Origin: Chrysomallon squamiferum
Lineage: Eukaryota; Animalia; Mollusca
NCBI GenBank assembly: GCA_012295275.1
Contig: CM022668.1
Location: 9,238,001-9,302,000 of the forward strand
Direction of reading: 5' to 3'
DNA: 64,000 nucleotides
Under the pieces are notes generated by a model. It did no database searches. It saw only the letters and a list, made by a program, of their open reading frames with translations, and had not been told where the DNA came from. Made by a program: the position numbers and the translations under genes. The number at the start of each line of letters is the position of its first letter. Position 1 is the stretch's first letter. Below, piece by piece: positions 26,462 through 40,500 of the stretch.

Positions 26462-27450
26462 TTACCTGTATCATAGGTACGTGACTCACCTGACAGGTGT
26501 TTTTAGTTAGTTATTACCTGTATCATAGGTACGTGACTCACCTGATAGGTGTTTTTAGTTAGTTATTACCTGTATCATAGGTACGTGACTCACCTGATAG
26601 GTGTTTTTAGTTAGTTATTACCTGTATCATAGGTACGTGACTCACCTGATAGGTGTTTTTAGTTAGTTATTACCTGTATCATAGGTATGTGACTCACCTG
26701 ACAGGTGTTTTTAGTTAGTTATTACCTGTATCACAGGTATGTCACTCACCTGATAGGTGTTTTTAGTTAGTTATTACCTGTATCATAGGTATGTCACTCA
26801 CCTGATAGGTAATTGTCAATTATATAGTACTACCTAGAATAATTACCTGACAGGTATGTTATTACTTCAATATGTTTCTTACCTGTATCATAGGTATGTA
26901 ATTCACCTGATAGTTAATTGTAAATTATGTATTATTACCTAGAATAATTACCTGACCGGTATGTTAATACTTCAATATGTTTCTTACCTGTATCATAGGT
27001 ATGTAATTCACCTGATGTTTAACTGTAAATTATGTATTATTACCTAGAATAATTACCTGACAGGTATTTTAATTAGTTATTATTTCAATATGTTTCTTAT
27101 CTTACCTGTTAATTAATTGTAAATTATGTAGTATTAAATTAAATACCTGATAAGTGTTTTTAATTAGTTATTATTTCAGTATATTACTTACCTGTATCAT
27201 AGATATGTAAGTCACCTGATATTTAATTGTAAATTACATAGTATTGCCTAGAATAATTAAATACCTGAGGTGTTTTTAATTAGTTATTACTTCATTATAT
27301 TACTTACCTGTATCATAGATGTGTCAGTTATATAGTATTCTATTATAAATTAGGTATTTTAATAATTTAAATCTTTTGTATATTACTTACCTGATAACTA
27401 TTTAATTAGCTATTACTTCTTTATATTATTTACCTGTCTTAGGTAGAACA
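26462..27450 (+). repeat. 52-bp x7 tandem array (then degenerate longer units) immediately after the CDK14 stop
   Basis: Unit TTACCTGTATCATAG|GTACGTGACTCACCTGATAGGTGTTTTTAGTTAGTTA at 26462, 26514, 26566, 26618, 26670, 26722 and 26774. Confidence 0.95.
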
Positions 27451-27842
27451 ATTACGTCAATGATGTTTTAATTGTTAATCAAATCTATACCAATATATAT
27501 CAGTTACCACCAGTATATCACAAGTATGTTAGTTACCTTCTAGGTGTTTTAATTATTATTAATTTTATATAGTACCTGTTTTAAACATATAACAGTTTCT
27601 ATAATAGTTCATTATAAATTCAGTAATATTTCCTTTGGTATAGATATTATATTTAATGAAAATGAATTATATTAAGCAGCACTATGTCATAGAAGATGAC
27701 TTTTTGATATTATTTTTGATATTATTATATATATATTACACAAGGAATTAGAAATTCAAATAATATTAGTATTTCAAAGAACAAAATAATATATAAATTT
27801 TAAATAAATACATTTTTAAATTTGTTTTATTTCTTTTCACAG
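26477..27842 (+). other. Putative intron in the CDK14 3' UTR
   Basis: Donor ATAG|GTACGT 16 nt after the stop. Strong acceptor TTTCTTTTCACAG at 27842, followed by a less AT-rich, exon-like segment. Confidence 0.55.
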
Positions 27843-28335
27843 GTTTATATTTTTTTGCGCATCTTTTGTGACTGAATGAGAGTCTGATGTAAGAGTGAAT
27901 GTGATTGGATCAGATGCTTTTTAATTATGCTCCTTGAAGAACTGTACCAGACATTCTTATTGGTTGTCATCCAGAAGACATCTGATGTGATTGGCAGATG
28001 TGGACTGAGTTATTTTCTACCACAAAGTTTTCATTTCACATGATTGGAATTTTTTTTTTTTTTTTTTTTTTTTTTTCCTGAACAAAAAAGTGATTAAGAT
28101 TTCTGTTTCTATTTCTCCTCACAAATGAAAAATGAATTTAAAAATTAAAAAAGGAGACTACTAAAGTACAAACTTTCTGCCATATTGTTTAATTTAAATT
28201 GGGCCTCTTTTGGGTATACCAAAGGAATGGTATTGAAAAGGCTTGATGCATTGAACATATATCCATATTTTACATTTTGTATACCTCACTGAAATATTAA
28301 TCATATATGTGTCTATCAGTAATGATTATTATTAT

Positions 28336-28376
<41 letters not shown>

Positions 28377-29757
28377 CAAATAGCTAAATACTGTGTATTA
28401 TTCAAGTATATGTTTGATTACTATAATTGTATTTTTTAAAGTATTTTATAAATGATTAAATATACAGATAAGTAAATGAATAAATAAGTAACAAAAAAGT
28501 TAAAAAAAAAAAAAAAAAAAATAAATAAAATGTAATGTAATGTAATGTAATGAAATAAAATAAAAATTAAATTAAATTAATAAATATAAAACCATATTTC
28601 TTTAAAACATAACAACTAAAAAAAAATTTTTTTTTTTTTCATTTTAGGTTAAATACAGAAAATACAAATTTAAGAACAAAATTTGAGATAACAGCATTCG
28701 TTTGATAAAGGTGTTATTATACATAGGAAAAAATACCAAAATGTAAATAATGTTTTCTTAACAACCAGTTCCAGCTTGTAATTCCAGAATCAAAAATAAC
28801 AAAAGTGAGATTTGAACTTAGTGCCTTGATTATGGCATTTCAGTGACAGGTACTTTTATCTTCTATCCATCCGTCCATCTGTCCAGGAAACATTTTGTCT
28901 GAAGCCATTCTGAATATTCACCAAACAGTTTCTTTTAGATAACAGTTGAGAAAGCATTGTTTACATTTTGATAGTATCCTTAAAAAAATTTTTTTTTTTT
29001 TTTTTTTTGGTGTTTCCTTTTTAAAATATGGAAAACAAACTAGTTTACTTTTCTCTCAATTCTTTTTTTTTAAATTTTATTTTTTTATTTTATTATCAAT
29101 GTATTTTTAAAATAATGGAAGTTTTATTATAAATGTGAATATGTGCAGTTTATAAAATGTAGGAAAAGTGTTCTGACTGTTTAATTTAGTTAACAAAAAT
29201 TATCAAAAAGAATGCACATTAAAAAACAAACAAACAAAAAGAAAAAAAACAAGAAGAAAACACACTAAATATTTTATTTATATATTTATTTTGTATTTTT
29301 CAGTCTGAAGAAAGGTTTTTGTCTTTATGTTCTGTTTGTAAAAAAAAAATTCCACAGCCAAATTGTGTCGGTTTTGTACTAGCATTGCCTTTTTAATGTT
29401 TATGAAAATGTTGTATAGAAATAACAATGACAGGAACCAGACAGTCTGTCCTGTATTTGTTGTCATAAATTCTTAATTGTGTTCGTAAATGAAATTTTTT
29501 ATCATAGTTTGCTGCTTTGCTCATTTCTTTTTGTGTACAAATTTTTAAATGTACGTTGACTGTATGCCAAAATTATAAGATATTTCTTTTCATTTATTAT
29601 TATTATTAATAATTTTTTATTATTTTTTATTATTATTATTTTTTTGGTATGGTTTTTATGTGAGTGCAAATGTATGTGTGCGTAGTTTGTGTTTATGTGT
29701 GTGTGTGTGTGCGAGAATGTGTTATAAGTAAGGAAATGGATTTGTGAGTATGTATTC

Positions 29758-29793
<36 letters not shown>

Positions 29794-30787
29794 TTAAAAA
29801 AAAAAAAAAAAAAGGCGATAAATCCATAACCATTTTAAAACTGAAACACAACAACACAGGTAGCAAATTTTTGTATTATTGTTCTAAGTTTATATTTCTC
29901 AAGCATTTAATTTCACTTAGACGTTAAAATGATCTCCAGTCCTTTTTGTTGTTTGTGTTTGTACAGAAAAATGTCAGAGAAATAACTCGAGGAATAAATT
30001 ACTAAAAAAAAAATGTATTTCCCTCTCACCTTTTTATATGGTTTTCTGAAAGTTCAGTTAAGTTCTTTTTTCAAAAATATTTAGTGAATATGAATTGGTA
30101 ATATTTCATTAATGTCAAACATAGTATATAAATAAGGTATTGTAACTGTGGTATGGAAATTACTGATTGACAAATTTTCTTGATAAATATTGTTTGATAA
30201 AGAAGAAATGTTAAATTATGATACATTAAATTCTAAATGATGATAATGATATGATTGGTCAAATAAAGATGAATGTGGAATGCTTCATAATATAAATTAA
30301 TTATGATACAGTAAAAATATGATTGATATGAGTATAATAAATGTATTACGATGTAACCAGAATTAAATGATACGTATTGTATCATCTTTGATCCTCATTC
30401 TGTGACAGTATGGTACAAAACAAACATCTGTTTTAATACTGACAGAAATGTTCAACTTGTCCCATTTTGACAAACCAGCTCATCCTACGTGTTTATTTAT
30501 TTATTTTCTGTTTTTGTGTGTTTTGTTTTGTCGCTATACTTAATTTCTCATACTTTATATCATAAAATCAGCATTGTTGAAACAGTGAAATTTTTAAACT
30601 TTTAAACTTCATATACAGAATATGAGTAAAAAGTGCGATATAATAACTTCATGAAAAAGGGACATACTCTGTAAAAAAAAAAATTAATATAATTTTTATT
30701 TGTTTATCTTTAAAAAATTATGTTTGGTTGCCAAAGGAAGCCAAAAATGACATATAATATAAAATATAAACCAATAATTTTTAATTA

Positions 30788-30990
30788 TATATTGCTGTAA
30801 TATTATTAGATTTATTGCATAGCAACATAAAAATGTTATATATTGCTACAATATTACTACAATGTTGTTATATATTCCTGTAATATTATTAGATACATTG
30901 CATAGCAACACAAAAATGTTATATATTACTACAATATTACTACAATGTTGTTATATATTCCTGTAATATTATTAGATACATTGCATGACA
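30788..30990. repeat. 83-bp tandem repeat, about 2.4 copies
   Basis: ATT(G/C)CTGTAATATTATTAGA at 30791, 30874 and 30957. Confidence 0.8.
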
Positions 30991-31279
30991 CTGTAATATT
31001 ATTGAATATTACTAATATTATGAGACAAGAACTTTGTTCCAGTGATGTTCGGTAATGATATTACCATATTAAAATAACTTTTTATGAAAAAATTTATTAT
31101 TCTGCCCATTGCTCTAATATGTTTAAAAATTTATTAACAAATATTGGGTTTTAGTCATTTTGTTTTTTGTATCAGGATAAAATGAGAAATGAAACTTTTT
31201 GGTTTTCTCTGAAAAATATTAATTAGCAATAACATTTCTGTTATATATATTTATCTATAAGTCTTATCTACATACATAC

Positions 31280-31470
31280 ATACCTTAAACTTGCTGCAGC
31301 TATTCTCTGAACTACATGTTAATTCATTAATTAGCAGTAAGGAATAGTTTATATGTACCTTCCCAATAACAGGAGAAAATACATACCATAAAGTTTAATA
31401 ACAACAGTCATGGCAGGAACAAGAGATTGACCAAACAGTATACAACTGTTGATTGATCCTGCAGTCTGTC
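31280..31470 (-). mobile_element. Degenerate SINE body fragment
   Basis: The reverse complement has TATGGTATGTA...CTGCTAAT in the same order as TGTGGTATGTACT...CTGCTGATCGAA at ~11817-11872. Confidence 0.35.
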
Positions 31471-31733
31471 ATAATTTGGGTCTACAAAATGTTTAAATCA
31501 ACAGAGTACTGCTCATATGTGGTATGTTTCATAGATATATATCAGATATATATGCCAATATAAGGTTAAGAATACTGTTTATCACTACTAAATCAATACA
31601 GAGACATCTGTGTAATGTTATCAAACACATTATATGTCACTATAATTGTCATAATGTCACTGTTATATCAAATGTATTATATGCCACTACATCATATATA
31701 TTATGTCACTATAACATCAGATACATGCTATTG

Positions 31734-31771
<38 letters not shown>

Positions 31772-32460
31772 GTCACTGCAGTATTACTGGTTATATATTG
31801 CTATGTTATCACTGTATATATAATATATGTCATAGTAATATTATCAGATACATTATGTCCCTGTAACATCAGATATATTTTACTGTCATAGTATCAGATG
31901 TTTTATATGCCATACAAGATGATATACATTGATAATATTAAAATAATATGCTTACATAAAATAATATGCTGTATTACACTGTAATATTATTATATGTATT
32001 GTATACCATTGTAATGTTATTGGTAGCTTGTCAGTGTGAAATCAGATATATTTTATAACAATGTTAACATTTACTAGTATATATAATCAGTGTTTCTTAT
32101 AATGGGTGATTTAGCAGTAATTTTTTTGAAAATATTATAATCTTAGATTATATACATAACTAAACAAAATTTCATATTAAACGTGATGTGTAATATCTAA
32201 GTCAATATATTGGTTTTTATGTCACTTTTTAAAAATATAATATTTAACTAAATGTTCTGATATGTAAATTTATTAACATATATTTAAATATATAATATGT
32301 TGGTATATAATACGTAAGTTATTATTTTGATGTATAATACACAGACTGATAATTCAAGGACTGATAGACAAATTATTATTAGGATCAGTTAATATACAAG
32401 TAATTCTGATTATGTAATACATACATGCACTGCTATATATATATGTGTGTATGTGTATGT

Positions 32461-32679
32461 TGGTCCAAAAGTAGGTGGACAGTAAATGATAACATTTGTT
32501 TTGAGATTACATACACAATTATTAAAAAAAAAAAAAAAAAAAAGATTAAATTTAAATAATTGTAATTATAAAATTTTAAATAATATAGCACAAATAACAT
32601 AGTTATAATGAACACCATTGTAATACTATAACCCTAACCCTAACCCACATACTGTTCATCTACTTTTGGACCATCCTGT
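32461..32679. mobile_element. Tc1/mariner-type MITE (~220 bp) containing (TAACCC)3
   Basis: 24-bp inverted repeats TGGTCCAAAAGTAGGTGGACAGTA (32461-32484) and TACTGTTCATCTACTTTTGGACCA (32650-32673) with 2 mismatches. Right end ...CCTG-TA. Confidence 0.75.
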
Positions 32680-33484
32680 ATATTAGATGTGTGTGTGAAA
32701 ATTTATGAAATATGTAATACATAAGTTAACATTTTGTTTCTGAGTAAATCAAAAATCAGTATCATCATATATAACATACAATATTCTAATTTACAATAAT
32801 ATTATTAAATGTTCACATAGTGTAATACAGGTTAATATTCTAACATGTAAATCTATATTCTGATTCATAAAATATGTGCAAATGGTCTGATAATGTGTTG
32901 CAAATTAATATTCTGATATCAAAGTCTGTATTCTGATACAGCTTTGAATAATATATATGGAAAACTTCTTAATTTAAATATAACATAACCAGATTGTGAA
33001 AACTGTAATATAAGATTTGATATGTAACATCTCTTCTGATATACAGGTTAGTGTTGTGATGAACAAGTTAGTATCAGATACAAATATGATCTAATACATA
33101 AGTCAAAATATTCTGATTCAATATAAATAACATTCTGATACACACCTGATCTGATGTAATATGTAACTCACTATTTTCATATGCTTCTGATCAAAATGTA
33201 ATAAGTAAGAAAATATTTTGATATACACCTGATCTGATACAATAGCTAACCAAATATTCCCACATGTAATTAATTTTCAGAAATAAAGCTGATCTGATTT
33301 TGAATTACATATTACTGTAATATTATTATATATGTAGAGCACTGCATTATAATGTTATTACATATTAATAATAAATAGTTCAGTATTCTATCTAATCTGA
33401 TATGTAAGTAACTATTCTGATAAAATGTTTTATTTATGGCAGATATCTGTAGAAAGCTGTGCCAAATATGTAAGTAAGAAGTAT

Positions 33485-33515
<31 letters not shown>

Positions 33516-34941
33516 TTTTGGAAGGTGCTTATCGTTAATTTATTTTTTTAATTTTCTAGTCAGTTATATTGGCTCTTAAAATTATGCTTTTATTAAGATA
33601 TTTAAACAAATTAAAAATTTTTTAAAAAAATTTAAAATTTATTTAAATATTTATTTTCAATAATGATTGTGAAGTATTTATTTATTGGTATTTTTGCTTC
33701 TGAATTTATTTTTAAATGATTAAATATTAAAATTTCGTGTCAATAAAAATGTTCTATGTGCATTTAAAATAAAGACAAATGATTGATGTTAATTAATAAA
33801 TTATTACATACATTGTTATACTTAAATTAATAACTGATTTTAAGGTTGGGGGAAATCATGTTCCAACCAAAATTCCAAAATTGATTACCATGGTTTAATT
33901 TTTCCTGTTCATTGGAAGGTTTAAATATGTATAATTTATTGCTGATAATCCAAAACAGTAACACATCACAAGTCTTGAGCAGTTTTCTGTATCTGTTTAT
34001 ACCATAGATGGTGATACATTATGTAAAACATTTATTTTTTGTTTTTTATTTTGTTTCTCTCTGTTTGTTTGATAAATGAAAACTTATATATTATGACATG
34101 TTTGAGTGTAGGTTTTGGATTTTATATTTTTAATTCTAAATTTTGATGACTAAATATTAAAATATTTTGTTAGGTTAAGACCATCAGTTGAGCTTTGATT
34201 TCAAATATATCTAATTACACACTGAAAAAAATGTGTTTGAGGTCATTATAAGTTTTTGTAAATAATGTTAAACATAAAATACAATTGTTTATTCAGTATA
34301 TGCATAAATAATAAAGAAAAGAAAAAAAAAATAGAACAAGAAAAATTTAAGGATTTTTTAGAGTCAAACATGAAAAAATTACTTAAAAAAAAATTTAAAT
34401 AAATAAATATACGTAATATTTTTTTACAAAGAATGATAGGTATTGTAAAGTAAACAAATAAATAAATACCTGTTTACCCAGGCTTTGACTCAGTAAGCAA
34501 GTATACAACAGATGTTTGTGCTTTCTCTCTCAAAAACTGCTTTAACTTTTGTATGAAACATTCTGTTCATACGTAGACACACATTTAAGTCAGACATGTT
34601 TAGTATGTATGTAATCAGACTCTTGTTTTAAACTAAGGTACATTAGTTTCAGTTTGGCTTCTTGTCATTTATTTTTGTTTTCTTATATTTATTTCAAAAT
34701 TGATTTTTTAAAATTATTTTTTAAAGATTTTTTGGTTATTATGATCATTCTTCTTCTTCTTTGTCTTCTTCTTCTTCTTCTTATTATTATTGGCATATAA
34801 TCATTTCTTTGTATTAAAAACCCCATTTAATTGAACTGGATATGTGAAAAAGATACAAAGTTAAAATAGAATTCTTTTATATTTATATACCCTAAAAATA
34901 TTTTTAAAAAAAGAAGAAAAGATGTAGAAAAAGGAAAAAGA

Positions 34942-34987
<46 letters not shown>

Positions 34988-35696
34988 AACACGAAAAGAA
35001 ATTGAAGATTAAGAATATTAAAGACAACTTGAAATTTGTTAATTTTTTTATTTATTTTCAAGCTTGGTAATGATTATTAAATGTCCTTTCAATGCTAAGT
35101 ACGTGAAATATTAATATTTATAACACATGCAGAGAAAACTATACTTCATTTGTGTCTAGTCATTCAAAACCATTTTTATATTTATTTATTTATTATTTTT
35201 ACTGTCATATTTACACATGCAGTATTGCTATAACCTTTCAATTTGTATAGTTTTATATATAATGTGTATCATGTATTGCATTGTTCTGATTCATTATATT
35301 TTCAATACACTTAAGACTGAAAATATATATATATATATATATGTATAATTATCCATGAATTATGAAAACCATTGCTATATTTGTTTCTTTTCTCAGTTGT
35401 AGTATAAGTCTGCTTCCATTTTGATATAAGAATATATAAAACATTTATTATTTATTATTAATATGTATTTGTTTTTTTTTTTTTTTTTTTTTTTAAATCT
35501 TTGAGGACAATTTATATGAATTAAACAAAATGAGATTATTTCAATGTCAAAAGAAAGAAAAGAAAATGTCAAGCAGAGAATATCTGTTGCCAAAAATATT
35601 TCTACTTTTTAGATTTTTTTATTATTATAACTTTTTTTTTTTTAGCACAGATTTTATACCTTATGTATGCAGATATAAAAGGCATGCATATATAAA

Positions 35697-35733
<37 letters not shown>

Positions 35734-35829
35734 TTTATGATAGTTATTTTTATTTCACTTCCTAGATGCATATTTGAAAGATAGGTCATGTTTTCCAAAT
35801 TTTATAACATTAAATTATTTTTATATAGT

Positions 35830-36015
35830 ATTAGTATTATTTTATTATTATTATTATTATTATTGTTATTATTATTATTATTATAGATGTTATTGTAATC
35901 TATGTTTGATTATGTTATTATTGTAGCTATTATTTTTATTAATCATTACTATTATTATTATTACAATTATTATTATTACTATTACTACTACTATTATTAT
36001 TATTATTATTATTAT

Positions 36016-36108
<93 letters not shown>

Positions 36109-36110
36109 TG
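35830..36110. repeat. (TAT)n/(TAC)n compound microsatellite
   Basis: Direct reading of the sequence. Confidence 0.95.
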
Positions 36111-36836
36111 ACATTCTGCTAGATAAACTTAGATTTGTAACCCATGCATTCCACACTTAGCATAATTCCACATTTTAGAATGACTTCCATTCCAGTAGCA
36201 AAAATTCCTTAGTGTAAGCTGTCTGTCTGTCTGTCTGTCTGTCTCTAACGTCCCATTTTTATTTTATTTTTTCAATTTCCAAAAAATCCATTTTATAGTA
36301 GTTACGAAATTGTTTTCTAACCAAGAGTTTTTAAAAAAGAAAAAAGGAGATGAAAAATATCAGAGTAAAAATCAAAAAGTAAATAAACAAAAAAACAGAG
36401 ATGTATAAATTCAAAAACTGCATGTTCAGAGATTATGTATATATATATATACAGGCACCATTAAAGAAATTATGTCGTATAAGTTTGGTTATTATTACTA
36501 TTACTGTCACTATATTTTATTATTATTATTATTACTATTATTATATTTTATTATTAATGTTGTTATTGTTATTATTTATTTATTATTATTATTATTATGA
36601 TATATTGATATTACAGACATCAATTTTTGGTTTATTACTATTATTCATTTATTAATTATCATAGTTATTTTTGAATATTTATAAAATAAAACCATTATAA
36701 ATTTGGGGTTTGTTGTTACTATTATTACTATTTATTATTATTGTTGACATTTATTTCTATTTGTTATTGCCACAGTTATTTTTATTATTCTTGATGTCAC
36801 TATTATGTTTTTTTGTGTGGGTTTTTCGTGGGGATA

Positions 36837-36875
<39 letters not shown>

Positions 36876-37284
36876 AAAAGATAATGAAATTACAAAGAGT
36901 TGGAAAACATTACCATGTAATAACAATTCTTATAATATTATAAGCCAGTCATATTCAGTATACCAACCTATATTCTAGTAGACACAAGTTGTCAAACTAA
37001 AGTTTTCCATAGAGCTTAGAAATCAATCTGCTTACCTGTAGTAGAAAGAATATCCAAGGTTTTGACCACTGGACAAATTCTTCCAAGATGGTGGCCAACA
37101 CTGTATATAGTGGACACTGAACTAGAGCTGTATCCATTGTATCCAGATTGTTGGCATGTGTACACAGTGGACAGTGACTAACAGTGAATTATAGTAATGA
37201 CCAGTATGTCTAGTGAATATAGAGAATGGTACTTAACAATCTCTGATACACTGTAACGTACTGCATCCTGATGTTTAACAGTGT

Positions 37285-37530
37285 TTATACCTTCTTGACC
37301 AGTATATTCATGTTCTCAACACTGTGTATACTGGACACTTTCTTAACCTGTATGTTCAGGTTTTTGACACTGTGCATTCTGGACACTTTCTTGACCAGTA
37401 TATTCAGGTTTCTGACACTTTGTATTTTGGACACTTTCTTAACCAGTATATTCAGCTTTTTGACACTAGTTATAATGGACACTTTCTCAACCAGTATATC
37501 CATGTTCTTGACGATGTTGTGGACACTTTT
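37285..37530. repeat. 48-bp tandem repeat, about 5 copies
   Basis: GGACACTTT recurs at 37333, 37381, 37429, 37477 and 37521. Confidence 0.85.
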
Positions 37531-40500
37531 AGAACTGTTCATCCTTGCAGCAGTATTTCAGAAATATATAAAATAAGAAAAGGTTGGACCTTATTAATGT
37601 GACAGAAGCTAGTTCATGGCTTCCAATGGTTATAATGAATTGACAGGCCTATAATATAATAATAATAATAATAATAATGGTAATGATAATCATAATATTG
37701 GTGTCACTTTATTTGAAATAATCTAGTTATTAAAAAGGAAAGAAAATGAACAAAACATGTTATAGTTAGTTCTTTTCACAACCAGAAATCAATAATGTAT
37801 ATTATTTTGTGGCAAATCTCTGAAGGTGATATTTTTGGTTCACACTTTCTATGTTTTTATTAGATATAAATTACTCTATTGAGCTAGCTGAATAAAAATA
37901 ACTTTATAACTGGTTTTCTGGGGTCTTGTACTATCTAGGTATACGAGTTAAAAATAATTTTTATTTATTTATTTTGTACATAAACTGATTTATTACATTT
38001 TTAAAAATTATTATTATTATTATTACTATTTCAAAAATTTATGATTCAGATAAACTTTCTTTTGACATGAATTATTTGTAAAAAAAAAAAAAATATTTTT
38101 AGTATTATACGCACATATTGAATAAAAATCTGTATCATTGGAAGCATTCTTATAAGACTTGTTCAGAGAGAGAGAGAGAGAGAATGAATGAATGAGGTCC
38201 AGGAAACTATAGAGTGGAGGATATGATAATCCCTACAAATAAAAGTTACATGTATCAGAATTAAAAACCAGAGATTATTATTATTATTTAAATCCTTATG
38301 GGGTTATTGAGTATATAGTGAACATAATTTTTTTTTTTATGTGTATGAGAAAATATAGAATATCTGTAGGGAGGCATAAAAACAATAAGTGAAAATTAAT
38401 AAAAATAAATATAAATTAAGAGCTGAAACCCTCCACAAAATCCTGGGACCAGACTGGAATGTGTATTCTGTTTTCTTTATTAATACACTATTCATGTATT
38501 GTTTTTTGTTTCTTTGTGTTGCCACTTGAAGCCAAATAATATTTTATAATCTTTTTCATTACTTCTGTTACTTGTCTTAACAACATCTGTGTTCTTAATT
38601 TTGTAGTATATTTTCCAGAATTGCTTAGACTTGCCAAGCATTTATGTCATAATTTTGAAATTTATTTTTTTTGTCTCTTTTTTTGTTTTTGTTTCTTGCC
38701 AGCTGAGTTGTGTTGGTTTCATACTGAGTGTGTTTATGTAAATATAGGTTGTGTATCTGTAACAGTAGAAAAGCTTCAAAACACCAAAGTTCAAACTTGT
38801 GATGTGTTTTATTTTAATTCAGCTAATTAATCAAATCTTTAATAATAAAAAATTAAAATAAAATTGTCTGTATTTATTTTATTTTATGTATATATATATA
38901 TATTAAACATCATTTATTTGTTTACTTCATTTTATTATTTAATTATTTATTTAATTATTTATTAGTATTTGTTTTTAGCTGACAACACATACATTCACAC
39001 AAACATACATATAGACACACAAGAGGAACATCTGCAAGAAAAGAAAAACAGCCTTAAGTTAAATAATCATAATCAGCAAAAATACTCCAATAAATCCATC
39101 AAATCTGAAATAAATTCATTCCTGGAACAAACTCCACACAACTATATTCAGATCTTGTTGCTGGTCTATTAAATAAAAACATATCAATGTTGAAACAAAA
39201 CCTCAATGAAGCTGAATTTTGAAACGTTTTGATTGTTCTGTGAACAGAATTCTGAAACAATGTCTACTGTCCACAAAAAATCTCAACTGAACTGATTTTT
39301 TAAACATTCTTTTCAGTCTAAATAAGATTTTGAAAGTTTCAAGTTCACTCAGTCTGAACTGGTTGCTTCTAAATATTTCTTATTCAGTGATTTGTAGTAA
39401 AAGTTACTATTCACTTCAGAGAACTGCAGTTGGTATCTTGTGATCTACAGCGAGGGACTCTTGGTATCAACTATCAGAGGAAAGGTTTGGATGACCATGT
39501 TTGGGAGCCCCATTTATACAACCTGTCTAGTTTAATGGTACAAAAAGCTGAAGATTTTGTCATGATATTCATTAATGTGGCAGAAACAGTGAATGTAAGG
39601 ACCAGCTATAATTATTCTTATTTATTGGCTGATTTTGCACATAATGACACTATTCCATGTTGCACTGTCTGTTATTTTTATTATTATCATAAGCTGATGC
39701 ATCTATTACCTGAGTGGAGTGTATAACACAAATACTGTGTTATATGAAAGAGTAGCCAGTCTGATGAATGGACAAGGATTGGGTATATCAAATTTCCACA
39801 TAGGAAAACATTTTCAGTATTCAACTTCATCTGACAATATATAATTCTAAAATTAGTGGACAGTGATTATTAACATATGGATAAGATATTTTGAGTGAAA
39901 TAGTTTATCTATAGATTAATAGTATAAGAATCCATATGCATGTTTCAAATATTTCAAATATTACAATTTTAGTTATCTGCTTTCAGTAGTCTGCAGTGAA
40001 ATAATTTTAACATCATTTTAGGTTTGCCATAAACAAGTGAATTGCTTGTGTCTTTTTATAATATTTATATGTATACATGTATTGCTTTCACATATACCTG
40101 AAAAATAAAAATTCAAAATTTTTTCTAAGCCTTATTACATGATCTATCAAGAACACCTGCTCTGGGTTTTTTTTAACAAGAACTGTAAGTAAACCATAAC
40201 TTTAAAATATATATTATTTTTGTTTTTTAGTAATTCAGTAACTTTCACATGTATATGAAATGCAGTTTGACCTGCCACAAATCCTTCAACATAAAACAGA
40301 AAAATTTAAATTATATTTTTATACAACATGGTATACAATAAACTGTATCATATTGTATGCTACAAACTATCATAAATTATATGATACAGGCAATAACGTT
40401 GCATGTGTTATATTTTGAATCAACACACTGTCTCAAACTGTGTATCAACACACAAATTGTATTAAAGAATGCCACAAACTACATCACACAAACAACAGTA

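Noticed and set aside
32629-32646. Chromosome end or telomere
   Set aside because: Only three TAACCC units, internal to a MITE.
35890-36943. Poly-Tyr, poly-Ile/Val and poly-Leu ORFs
   Set aside because: Trinucleotide microsatellites with no splice or homology support.
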